NCBI GenBank assembly: GCA_964035575.1
Contig: OZ037838.1
Location: 1,426,001 to 1,490,000, forward strand
DNA length: 64,000 nt
Direction of reading: 5' to 3'
Origin: Rhynchopus sp. YZ270_cl-10
Taxonomy: Eukaryota
In this document: positions 37,920 to 48,035 of the stretch, one piece after another
How the letters are laid out: each line of letters begins with the position of its first letter
Position numbering within the stretch: position 1 is the stretch's first letter
Made by a program: the position numbers and the translations under genes
The notes under the pieces: generated by a model
The model's input: only the letters and a program-made list of their open reading frames with translations
Told to the model about the DNA's origin: nothing
Databases searched by the model: none

Positions 37920-40010
37920 ATGGATATGACCTTTGTGCTGGAAGAGTCAGGCGTGACTGCGACAGTGGAGGTGCCGTGCGAGGCGGACGTTGCAGCGGCA
38001 AAGGAGGTTGCGTGCACGGCGCTTGCTGTCTCGCCTGCGTCTGTCGAGATGCGCATCGGCACGCAGGTGCTGGAGGGGACGTGCCGTCTGCAGGACACTG
38101 CGTTTGATTCAGGGGTGCAGGTTGTGCTTGGCCGCCCTCGCTTGGCCGATATCAAGTGTCCTGCTGAGTACACTGCAGCGCGTGCCAGAGAGTTGTTGCT
38201 GTCGCGTTGTGGAACGCTCTGCATCTATGGTAACTGGAGTGGGCATGTTGGCGGTTTCGACACAGAAACCTTCGACACTGTCTTCTCGTTCAAAGTGGAC
38301 AAGCGAGTGGGCGGTCCACCTGCCATCTCGCAGTGCAAGACACGCTGCTACCTGGCGTGTTGGGAGGAAGGCCTTCTCAAGGTTGCGCTTCCTGGTGGGG
38401 AGGTGCTCCGCAAAGTCGACGGCTACTCGAGGTCTGTGTTCGCGTGTGGCGGTGTTGTTGTCTCCCGAGGCAACGACGGGGTCTCTGTGTATGACGAAGA
38501 CCTGACGTTGCTCCACACTCTATCACACAAAGGGTGCTACGACATCACAGTGTCGGACTGTGGTGGGTGGGTGATGACCTCCCTGAGTGCGGAGAAGGCA
38601 CGTCTGTGGGATGTGAACACAGGAGAAGCTGTGGTATGTATGACGGGGAAGACAACAGGTCGGATGGTGGCGCTTTCACGGTCTGCCTCAGTCTTTGCTG
38701 TGGGGGTGCGCAACACCGTGCACCTCTATGATTGGAATAGTGTGGCTCTTCGCAGTGTTGATGTGGCGAGGGCTGTACGGGGCATGCAGTTCACCCCGTG
38801 TGGGAAGTACTTTCTGGTAATGGTAGTTGCGGATGAAGATGATTATTGCGAGGAATGGGGTGAAGATACTTACGATTGGCCTGAGTACAATGTCCAGCTG
38901 CACCAGTATGATGTGGCGACAATGTCCTGTGTGCGTGTGTTGCCACCACAAAGCAGGCATGGGTCATTTGCGATATCGCCGTGTTCACGTGTTGTTGTGG
39001 CTATGCGACCAGATGGCATCATTGTGACAAAGCATCTGTACCCACACAACGTTGTTGAGGAGGACTTCTGGAAGAAGGACTCTGTCGTGGCACGCGACAT
39101 GCTCCTTCATGAGCACGGCATCGATGTTGCTTCTCCACTGCCTGCCTGCTCCTCTCCGTCAAACACATTTGAGTACCATCTTGTACGCATCCTCAAAAAC
39201 GACAACCCAGACCAGCTTGACCTGCTCCTCCGCAGCAAGCTGGACGGGAGTACAGGGGTGACTCTGCAGCGTGCAATGCAACGCGCAGCACACCGCTGCG
39301 TCGATGTGATGCTCGATGGGTTTGAACGTTCTCCAGACGATACTGCTTATGCATTGCGTAGCTCCGCATCGCACCGTTGGGGCCACGAGGACACACCAGG
39401 GAAGGTTCTGTGCGTGCTTCGTATTTTAAGACACTGCAGGGAGCAGGGTGTGGTGGTGGATCAGCCCCAGATACTGCAGGACACATTCAAGGGCCTGATA
39501 TCGAGCAGCGCAGCACACCCGAAGCTCTGCCAACTTCTCATGCGCATGGGTGCGGCAGTCACCCTCGATGTCATTCTCTCTGCACACGACGTGCATTTAT
39601 CGTTTCTTCAGTCCTGCGACATCGCTCCAGACATTCTCCTTACAGGGTGTCTTGCTGGATGGACGACACTCAGAAACCTTGTCGTTGTGCGAAGCCTTCA
39701 TGCCTCATCGTGCAAACGTGTTGACCCCGATGGTGACGGAGATGCAGAGTGGCCCTCTGTGATCGGTGCAAGCCGTGTGAACAGTGTTTTCTGTGGCAAC
39801 AGCGAAGGCCCGCTATGCGAGTCGCCCTGCGACCCAGGTTGCCGCTGCATCACCTGTTTGGATGAGGAGAGGTATACTGGGAGAAGGTGTCTGGGCGGTG
39901 GTGGTGGTGGTGGTTGGCGCAAGGCACCTGCAGTGGTCCGTGCACAGCGCAAGGCACGCATAGCACAGCAAATGAGCAGAGCTGCGCAGAGGTGCAGAAG
40001 GCAGCGGTAG
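37920..40010 (+). CDS. Ubl-propeller family copy 6 with a ~320-aa C-terminal extension (696 aa)
   Basis: Family sequence to HLYPHN, then continues in frame into helical, degenerate ankyrin-like repeats, a Cys-rich patch and a basic tail. Confidence 0.88.
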   Translation: MDMTFVLEESGVTATVEVPCEADVAAAKEVACTALAVSPASVEMRIGTQVLEGTCRLQDTAFDSGVQVVLGRPRLADIKCPAEYTAARARELLLSRCGTLCIYGNWSGHVGGFDTETFDTVFSFKVDKRVGGPPAISQCKTRCYLACWEEGLLKVALPGGEVLRKVDGYSRSVFACGGVVVSRGNDGVSVYDEDLTLLHTLSHKGCYDITVSDCGGWVMTSLSAEKARLWDVNTGEAVVCMTGKTTGRMVALSRSASVFAVGVRNTVHLYDWNSVALRSVDVARAVRGMQFTPCGKYFLVMVVADEDDYCEEWGEDTYDWPEYNVQLHQYDVATMSCVRVLPPQSRHGSFAISPCSRVVVAMRPDGIIVTKHLYPHNVVEEDFWKKDSVVARDMLLHEHGIDVASPLPACSSPSNTFEYHLVRILKNDNPDQLDLLLRSKLDGSTGVTLQRAMQRAAHRCVDVMLDGFERSPDDTAYALRSSASHRWGHEDTPGKVLCVLRILRHCREQGVVVDQPQILQDTFKGLISSSAAHPKLCQLLMRMGAAVTLDVILSAHDVHLSFLQSCDIAPDILLTGCLAGWTTLRNLVVVRSLHASSCKRVDPDGDGDAEWPSVIGASRVNSVFCGNSEGPLCESPCDPGCRCITCLDEERYTGRRCLGGGGGGGWRKAPAVVRAQRKARIAQQMSRAAQRCRRQR

Positions 40011-40475
40011 AGTGCCTCCCACAGGCAGACAGAAGGTGTTGCGATATATATATTTTTATCCTTTGTCCCCATTTTTAGATTCAGCAAAGTGTGTAAGTCA
40101 CGATCACTTTCGCACGTTGCGCACAATGCCAACGCACGCTCTATCCTGCCCACACCTTGTTCAGTTGGCAGCATATGCGAGACACACATTGTTGTGTTCT
40201 GCAGCATCCTGTTGACTTTGCCTTGGTGTCTGCCGGCTCCCTCTTGCTAACCTGAGCCGCAGGATAGAAACGTTCCGTTCTTCATTGTGCCTTCTCTTGT
40301 TTCAAAGTGGATGTGTGTGCACGAGAGGGCACATGCATCTGCTAGTTTTTGTACTTCATTTTTAGCGATGTTGTTGTGTGGTAGCCTTTCCTCTCCTCAG
40401 CAAGTTTTGTTTTTATTATGACAAATTTGTGTTGGGAAATGATTCAAATGTCTGAGACTTTTTGTTTATTCCCCT

Positions 40476-40974
40476 GTGGAGCGTTTTCGGGTCTGTGGGA
40501 TGACGCCAGATGACGGCTGATGACGCCCGATGACAGCACGATTACGTTTTTTTCTTTTTTTGGGTACTACTGTGTATACTGTGTATACTGTGTATACTGT
40601 GTATACTGTGTATACTGTGTATACTGTGTATACTGTGTATACTGTGTATACTGTGTATACTGTGTATACTGTGTATACTGTGTATACTGTGTATACTGTG
40701 TATACTGTGTATACTGTGTATACTGTGTATACTGTGTACTTGTCCATTTCGGCAAATTGACCCCACCACTGGCCGGACGGATTCCGAAAATGCAAATGCC
40801 GGTGTTTAAAAGCTTCACCAAGGATTTCACCGAGGAAAAAAAAATTTTCCCTAGCACGATGATTCCCGATTATGCACGATTATGCACGATTACTCAGGAT
40901 TACGCACGATGACGCCCGATGACGGCCGATGACACCCGATTTAGCGCGATTCACCCCCCCGGAAAACGCTCCAC
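40476..40974. mobile_element. MITE-like element carrying a 9-bp tandem array
   Basis: TIR GTGGAGCGTTTTC / GAAAACGCTCCAC; CCT on both flanks; subterminal GATGACGCCC and GCACGATTA repeats. Confidence 0.75.
40568..40738. repeat. Tandem repeat (TACTGTGTA)x19
   Basis: Perfect 9-bp unit. Confidence 0.97.
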
Positions 40975-41189
40975 CCTGCCCCTTTTATTGTGCACTCAAC
41001 TCATTTCTGTACTTCAGGCAAAGGGTTTTTTCCTTTTTGACATCCATTTCTGGGCGGTTTGGGTGTTTTCAAATTGCTTGCTTTGTCAGAGTTTGTTGGA
41101 ACACGTATTTAGTCCAACCTTCATATTTGTCGTTGCGAAGTGACACCACCATCCATCACATCAAACACAACAGACCCCTTAATAACAAT

Positions 41190-42305
41190 ATGATGGATGT
41201 GACCTTTGTGCTGGAAGAGTCAGGCGTGACTGCGACAGTGGAGGTGCCGTGCGAGGCGGACGCTGCAGCGGCAAAGGAGGTTGCGTGCACGGCGCTTGCT
41301 GTCTCGCCTGCGTCTGTCGAGATGCGCATCGGCACGCAGGTGCTGGAGGGGACGTGCCGTCTGCAGGACACTGCGTTTGATGCAGGGGTGCAGGTTGTGC
41401 TTGCCCGCCGCTTTGCCGACATCAAGTGTCCTGCTGAGTACAGTGTCGAGGCGGCAACTGGTGGGCAAGGGAGGAACATACAATGTTTATCGCTGTCTCC
41501 TTGTGGAGCACTCTGCCTCTTTGCACAGACGCCACATAAGTCAGGGTATATCACCGGCCTCGATACAGAAACCCTCAGCCCTGCCTTCAAGTTCAAAGTA
41601 GACATTGAGGTGTGGGGTGCGCCTGCCATCTCGCAGTGCAAGACACGCTGCTACCTGGCGTGCTGGGAAGGTGTCCACGAGGTTGCTCTTCCTGGTGGGG
41701 AGGTTCTCCGCAAGGTTGACGGCACCTCGTACCTCGTATTCGCGTGTGGCGGTGTTGTTATCTCCCGTGGCGAAGGTAGCGTCTCTGTGTATGACGAAGA
41801 CCTGACGTTGCTCCGCACTCTCTCACACACAGGGTGTAGCAGTGTGGCAATGTCTGACTGTGGTGGGTGGGTGATCACCTCCTCCTACAGTGAGAAGAAC
41901 GCACGTCTGTGGGATGTGAACACAGGTGAAGCTGTGGCATGTGTGCCTGCGGATGGGTGGAACCCCGCGCTGTCACTACCTGCCTCTGTCTTTGCTGTGG
42001 AGTGCTCTAACGAAGTGCAGCTCTATGACTGGAGTGGTGCGGCTCTTGGCAGCTTTGAAAAGGAGCAGTCTAGCGTCTGTGCCGTGCAGTTCACTCCGTG
42101 TGGGAAGTACGTCGTTATTGAGTTTAATTTTGGTGAAGAGCACACTCTGCACCAGTATGATGTGGCGACCATGTCCTGTGTACGTGTGATACAGGACAGC
42201 AATGGTGTATTTGCGATATCGCCGTGTTCACGTGTGGTTGTGTTCAAGGCAGCAGGTGACGCAGGAAGTATCGCCCTTGTGACACAACATCTGTACCCCT
42301 ACTGA
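41190..42305 (+). CDS. Ubl-propeller family copy 7 (371 aa; family ATG at 41193)
   Basis: Intact ORF with conserved blocks. Confidence 0.92.
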   Translation: MMDVTFVLEESGVTATVEVPCEADAAAAKEVACTALAVSPASVEMRIGTQVLEGTCRLQDTAFDAGVQVVLARRFADIKCPAEYSVEAATGGQGRNIQCLSLSPCGALCLFAQTPHKSGYITGLDTETLSPAFKFKVDIEVWGAPAISQCKTRCYLACWEGVHEVALPGGEVLRKVDGTSYLVFACGGVVISRGEGSVSVYDEDLTLLRTLSHTGCSSVAMSDCGGWVITSSYSEKNARLWDVNTGEAVACVPADGWNPALSLPASVFAVECSNEVQLYDWSGAALGSFEKEQSSVCAVQFTPCGKYVVIEFNFGEEHTLHQYDVATMSCVRVIQDSNGVFAISPCSRVVVFKAAGDAGSIALVTQHLYPY

Positions 42306-42944
42306 GTGATGCAGTCCACCCTGTGTGGGAAGTACCTCCTCGCTGTCGCTGAGTACTGCGGTGTGTTGCTATCGTGCGTTGCGTCAGTGTTTGCGTTGCA
42401 CCCTCGACCTACTTGCCTGTGAGGGAATTCATTTTGTACGAGTATTCAATACGTCTGGAAATGAAAGACGCGTTCTTCGGTTACCATGAGTCTTACCGTT
42501 TCCCCTTCCCCCCTTTTGTGCTCCACCTCTCCCCCGTACTTCAGGACGCGGGTTTTCGGGGTATTTCGGGACTTTTGGGGTTTGAAAAAAAAAAAAAAAA
42601 GAAGAAGAAGAAGAAGAGAAGTAAAGTGCAGAGCGGACATCTGACTTTAGTGCGGACTGCTGTGTTTCAAACCACCAAAGGTGCTGTGTGCTTTGCCTGA
42701 AGTACGGACGAGGATGGATGCGATCAACAAACAACAAACAACGAATAAATAAAGAAGGGGGGAGTATTTCATTTTGAGGATAACGACCACACCACCCTAT
42801 TCCTTTCTCTTTCACTTTTGCCTTGATCAAACCCTCTTCTGTTGGTGGAAACTACAGACACAACGAAAATGTCTAAATACCAAAAACAAAACAACCCACA
42901 CCTCATCTCCTCCCAACAGAGCGGAACAAGAAGAAGACAAAACA

Positions 42945-44057
42945 ATGGATATGACCTTTGTGCTGGAAGAGTCAGGCGTGACTGCGACAGTGGAGGTGCC
43001 GTGCGAGGCGGACGTTGCAGCGGCAAAGGAGGTTGCGTGCACGGCGCTTGCTGTCTCGCCTGCGTCTGTCGAGATGCGCATCGGCACGCAGGTGCTGGAG
43101 GGGACGTGCCGTCTGCAGGACACTGCGTTTGGTGCAGGGGTGCAGGTTGTGCTTGCCCGCCGATTTGCTGACATCAAGTGTCCTGCTGAGTACAGTACTC
43201 ATGCATCCCGGATGAATGAAACTCGCTTATCGCTGTCTCCTTGTGGAGCACTCTGCATCTTTACACATAATGCACGCTGCGTCACCGGCCTCGATACAGA
43301 AACCTTCAGCCCTGCCTTCAATTTCAAAGTAGACATGGAGGTGTACGGTGCGCCTGCCATCTCACTGTGCAAGACACGCTGTTACCTGCCGTGCAAGGAA
43401 GGTCTGCACGAGGTTGCGCTTCCTGGTGGGGAGGTTCTCCGCAAGGTTGGCCGCATGTCGTCGTCTGTGTTTGCGTGTGGTGGTGTTGTTGCCTCGTTCG
43501 TGGCGCGTGGCACAGACGGCGTTTCTGTGTATGACGAAGACCTGACGTTGCTCCGCACTCTCCCGCATGAACAATGTAAGACGTTTGCATTGTCTGACTG
43601 TGGTGGGTGGGTGATCACCTCCTCCAGAACAGAGCAGAACGCACGTCTGTGGGATGTGAACACAGGTGAAGCTGTGGCATGTGTGCCTGCGAAGGCGGAT
43701 GGGATCGTGGCGTTTTCACGATCTGCCCCTGACTTTGCTGTGGTGTGCTCTGGAAAAGTGCAGCTCTATGACAGGAGTGGTGCGGCTCTTGGCAGCTTTG
43801 AATTACCGGGTCTCATGCCATTTCCCGCTGGCATGCAGTTCACTCTGTGTGGGAAGTATCTCGTAGTACGGTTGCCAGACATGGCTGCTCAACAATATAT
43901 TCTGCACCAGTATGATGTAGCGACCGGGTCCTGTGTGCGTGTGATACCGGACTCCGACAACTGCGGTGCGTTTGCGATATCGCCGTGTTCACGTGTGGTA
44001 CTATTTGCGAACTCGGGACGAGCCACTATTGAGACAAGATATCTGCACCCCTACTGA
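42945..44057 (+). CDS. Ubl-propeller family copy 8 (370 aa)
   Basis: Intact ORF; ends YLHPY-TGA. Confidence 0.92.
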   Translation: MDMTFVLEESGVTATVEVPCEADVAAAKEVACTALAVSPASVEMRIGTQVLEGTCRLQDTAFGAGVQVVLARRFADIKCPAEYSTHASRMNETRLSLSPCGALCIFTHNARCVTGLDTETFSPAFNFKVDMEVYGAPAISLCKTRCYLPCKEGLHEVALPGGEVLRKVGRMSSSVFACGGVVASFVARGTDGVSVYDEDLTLLRTLPHEQCKTFALSDCGGWVITSSRTEQNARLWDVNTGEAVACVPAKADGIVAFSRSAPDFAVVCSGKVQLYDRSGAALGSFELPGLMPFPAGMQFTLCGKYLVVRLPDMAAQQYILHQYDVATGSCVRVIPDSDNCGAFAISPCSRVVLFANSGRATIETRYLHPY

Positions 44058-44282
44058 GTGATGTTTTGCGAGAGCTTGTGTTTGTGCAGCTTCTCGCAAG
44101 CAGTCCACCCCAGAAGCACCTCCTCGCTGTCGCTGAGCAGCAGCGTCTCTCACACTCTGCCGTGCAACGCCTCTCCCATAAATTCATTTTCAGTAAAAAT
44201 ACACTCTGTTTTTGATACCCCCTTCCCTGAAACAACACAACTAACAGATCATTTCCTACTTACACGAACCCATTTTACCAGA

Positions 44283-46547
44283 ATGTCTGAGACGTGTGTG
44301 ACTGTGGTAGCAGAGCTGCTTCTGCAAGGCGGTGTTGGGTCACTCTCCTCTCCTACGGACCTCGGGTTTGCCTCTGTGTGGCGGAGGCTGGAGACCTCTG
44401 GGCTTCCTGGGGGGCTTGCGTGCATGGTGTTCGAATACTTCCTCTCGCGTCGCAAGCGTTCTGGAGCCACGCTGACTACTGCGGAGCTTTCGGCATTCCT
44501 TGCAAAGGGCCTCCTGACGAAGGCACCACCGGTGTACATGCAGCTTGCCCAGCAACGTGGTGCGATCCTCGACGGTGAGCCCTTTGAGGGCAACCCCGAC
44601 CTGGCAGCCTGCATCCACAGTGCAGGCGTTGCGACGACGCTCCCGCACTGCTTTGCGGCACCGCTCTATTCGCTGTGGTGGAAGCACGCCCGCCGTTTTG
44701 AGGCCCGTCTGCACATCCCGTTGTGCGAGTTGGGAAGCGAGGAGGCGCTGTTCTGGAGGAACGTCCCTACGGAGCTGTGCGCTGCACTGCTGGAGGAGGA
44801 GGACGGCCTCAATGGATGGTCCGAGGTGGTGGCGTTTGTGTCTGCGGTGCGGGCCTCGCCGATGTTGCATGGGTTCCGCACGGCTGCAGAGGCGGAGAGG
44901 TGTTTAGCGCAAAGCACCGCAGAGCTGTCTAGCAACTTTGCGTTATCCTCGCTTGCAACGTACGGTGCACAGCGCATGGGGTACATCTTTGTGTCACCCC
45001 CCGACTTCGGTCTGGACACCCCAACTGCCATAGCCGAACTCTCCCGGACCACCACCTCTGCGGAGCTTGGTGTGCGTGCTGCCGCAATGTGGCGTGCCGC
45101 GCTTCATGGGTGTGCGAAGCTTGGTGCGCGGCATGTGGTCATCTCTCCGGTGGGTTTGCATAGCCACAGTGCGGGGCTGTCTGCTGTGAGAAGGGCGAAG
45201 CTTGCGGGTGTGTATTTTACAGCGTTGTTCAAGCAGGTGTTTGCAGGGGATATGCGGGAGGTGTGGCTTGCCCTTGAGGAGGCAGGGTTGAGGGAGGAAG
45301 CGGCCGCATGCCTCGCAAAGGCACGCCGTTCCCAGCCGCACGCTGCAGTGCGGGTTATGCTGCAAGACGGGGCGCCGTCGCGGCTGGCACTGCAACTCAG
45401 CACCTTCGTTGCGGAGGATGTGTGCATCGTGTCGTCGTGCTATGCAGGGGCCACTGCGATAGGGCATATCATCGATGGTGGGCACACTGCTTCGATGCAT
45501 TCTGCCGAATCGACCTGTGGAGTGGTCGATCGACGCTTTCGGGACAGCGTTGTGCCAGCCGTATGGTCCTGCCATGAGGAGAAGTATGCGAACAGCGGGC
45601 TGCAGCAGGAGGTGGCAGGCCTGCGTGCGTCCTTGCATGCGACCCTGCAGGAGCACAGTGTGGTGGTTGCCGAGGCTGATGAACATACTGCAGCTCTGCA
45701 GGAAAGTCTTGCATCAGAAGCTCTCCGCGCAGACACAGCACAGCAGCACCTCAACACCCTCATGCCACACACAGCGGAGCGCAAGACGGCTGACACAACA
45801 TCCCTCATCTCCTCCGAAACCGACCGCCGCGCGCACATCATGCACACCGAAGGGCTCACCCGCCTCCGTGTCCTCCACGCAGCCTCCGCACGCCTCAAAG
45901 AGAACACCCTTACCCTCGCTGCACGCCGCAAAGAACGCAAATCAGTAGCATACTTTGGAATCGAAGTATCCGACGGGGTGACAGAGGTGCTGACACGAGG
46001 CGGGAAGGTGACCGAGCGTACCCGGTTGTACCCTCTAGGCTCGAAGATGGAGGGGTGTGAAGTTCCGTTCGACGGTGTGGTTGTGCATGCTGTCGTTCCC
46101 TTTGGTCCTGGAGCGCAGGCAGGGTTGGAGCAATGTGACATCATCGTGTCGGTCTGTGGAGCAGCGACGTTGAGCGCTGCCGCCTTCCGTGCTGCACTGC
46201 GTGGACGTTCATGCACATCGCCAATCACACTGACGGTGCGCGATACAGACGCTGTACCCCGAGAAGTCATCCTCACACCAGAGGAACGCCGTATCTCCGT
46301 CGACGACACCTTTGGACCTGTCTCAAGAAAGGAACTCCGCAGACGCAGTGCTGTCCACTCTGCCCCAAAATGCGCCCTCCAAGGCCGTGGACTCTCGCCA
46401 AAGAGGGGTGTGAAAAAGGTGGCCAGAGCCAGAAGGGAGGAAGTACGTGAGGAGAAGGAGGCCAGGGAGGTACCGTCCTCGCGTAAGAAAGGGCGTGCCT
46501 GGGGGGCATTCCCGAGAGATGCATCTCCTGTGCCGTTGGCGAGGTGA
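44283..46547 (+). CDS. 754-aa protein: putative degenerate macro/PARG-like region, coiled coil, C-terminal PDZ-like domain
   Basis: Long GC-rich ORF, ATG at 44283. AYFGIEV...GVVVHAVVPFGPGAQAGLEQCDIIVSVCG...ITLTV fits the PDZ pattern; LQQEVAGLRASL...LQESLASE is coiled-coil-like. Confidence 0.85.
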   Translation: MSETCVTVVAELLLQGGVGSLSSPTDLGFASVWRRLETSGLPGGLACMVFEYFLSRRKRSGATLTTAELSAFLAKGLLTKAPPVYMQLAQQRGAILDGEPFEGNPDLAACIHSAGVATTLPHCFAAPLYSLWWKHARRFEARLHIPLCELGSEEALFWRNVPTELCAALLEEEDGLNGWSEVVAFVSAVRASPMLHGFRTAAEAERCLAQSTAELSSNFALSSLATYGAQRMGYIFVSPPDFGLDTPTAIAELSRTTTSAELGVRAAAMWRAALHGCAKLGARHVVISPVGLHSHSAGLSAVRRAKLAGVYFTALFKQVFAGDMREVWLALEEAGLREEAAACLAKARRSQPHAAVRVMLQDGAPSRLALQLSTFVAEDVCIVSSCYAGATAIGHIIDGGHTASMHSAESTCGVVDRRFRDSVVPAVWSCHEEKYANSGLQQEVAGLRASLHATLQEHSVVVAEADEHTAALQESLASEALRADTAQQHLNTLMPHTAERKTADTTSLISSETDRRAHIMHTEGLTRLRVLHAASARLKENTLTLAARRKERKSVAYFGIEVSDGVTEVLTRGGKVTERTRLYPLGSKMEGCEVPFDGVVVHAVVPFGPGAQAGLEQCDIIVSVCGAATLSAAAFRAALRGRSCTSPITLTVRDTDAVPREVILTPEERRISVDDTFGPVSRKELRRRSAVHSAPKCALQGRGLSPKRGVKKVARARREEVREEKEAREVPSSRKKGRAWGAFPRDASPVPLAR

Positions 46548-48035
46548 TAGGGTGATGGCAAGGCGATGGCAGCTGTAAAAAAAATGGTGAAGTTGTTCCA
46601 GTCGATCTCAAAAACGGTTGAAGGTGGGGAGGTTTTTGCCGTTGAAAAAATTAGTACTGGAAAAAATCTCAAGATAGTGGAGCTTGTATATGTGGCAACT
46701 ACACTTTCAACAATTTTTCAAAAGAAAAGAAAAAGAAAATGAAAAGAAAGAAAGATTCTTAGAAAAAAAAAGAAGCTGTTTTTTCTACTTGTGCAGGATG
46801 TATAGCAGGTAAAACAGTGGTATGGCTGATAAGTTTGGTTTTGCAAGATATGTGTGCACGAGAGGCACATTCATCTTTAACGTTTTCTTTTTTGTTTTTC
46901 TTTGTTTCCCGCACACCCTTCATAACTCCCCCGTACATCCCCCCTTTGTTTTTATATTCGCTTTTGTTCAAGGCATGTCCCTTTTGGGGCTGTTTTATTT
47001 GCTATTTTTCCACAATACAAGGTCGACTAAGCAAGAGAGGCTTAGGATCATCTAAAAAACTTTTCTTTTCTTTTCTTCTTTTGCTGTTTCGATTTGTGTA
47101 CACAAGCGGTACGTTCATCTTTCGTTTCTTTTCTCTTTACACGCCGCTCACGGAAGGAGGAGTGGACCCTGCACACCAATGTGGAAGCTTACTTTGCCCC
47201 AAACCTTTTCCAACAATTTGCAAAAATAAAAGCACTATCAGATCTGCGCCTCTTCAGACAACGAATTCTGCAGATTTTTTTTTTTTTGGACATGAATATT
47301 TTAGTGAGCTGACTCCAGTCTTCTCAAGGTGCACTGACACGAGAGGGTTGTTTTGTGTTTGAGGTAAAATATACCTTCATTGTTTTGCAACCCAAACTAC
47401 CGGGTGTGCAGTAGTTTTCCCTCCTCCCCTGCGGAATCCCACCCCCATCTCCCTCACCCCTTCCCTCATTTTGTATTCCCACGGAGTGCGTCGGTGCCTA
47501 CGCTCTGCGTTTGTGCTGCGCAATTTCGATTTGTTACTGCCAGATTTGTTCCTCCCCTGTGCTTCCAAAGCAATCTCATACCAGGGAAGGACGTCGTGTT
47601 TTCTTTTTCGTTTTTGATAAGACAATAATAAGTAACCCCGTCTCTGCTTTTGAAAGGATGCTTTTTACCATCTGCCACACCAGACCAATGGGAGTGACCT
47701 CTCCCCCCCGAGCTTCGTCCCACAGTCAAATCTTGGATTTTTGGGTTCAGGCGTGTTCGGTCATATGCAGTCGAGGCTGCGTGCCGCAGTGCCTCTGGCA
47801 GAGCTCTCGAAGGACATGACAGCTGCTGCAGCAGTCTTGGAGGCGAAGCGATCGCAGAAGGACATGAGTGCTAGTGACACAGCTGAGGAGGATGAAGAAG
47901 ATGCCAGAGTAACTTTCATGACTTCTCGTTCTCTCCTTGTGGATCTGGAAACGAAACCATCACGAACACACAAAACAAAACAACCCACACCTCATCTCCT
48001 TCCCAACAGAGGTGGAACAAAAATAAGACAACACA

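Noticed and set aside
45440..46672. 410-aa minus-strand ORF
   Set aside because: Antisense to the PDZ gene, with low-information S/R/T-rich composition.
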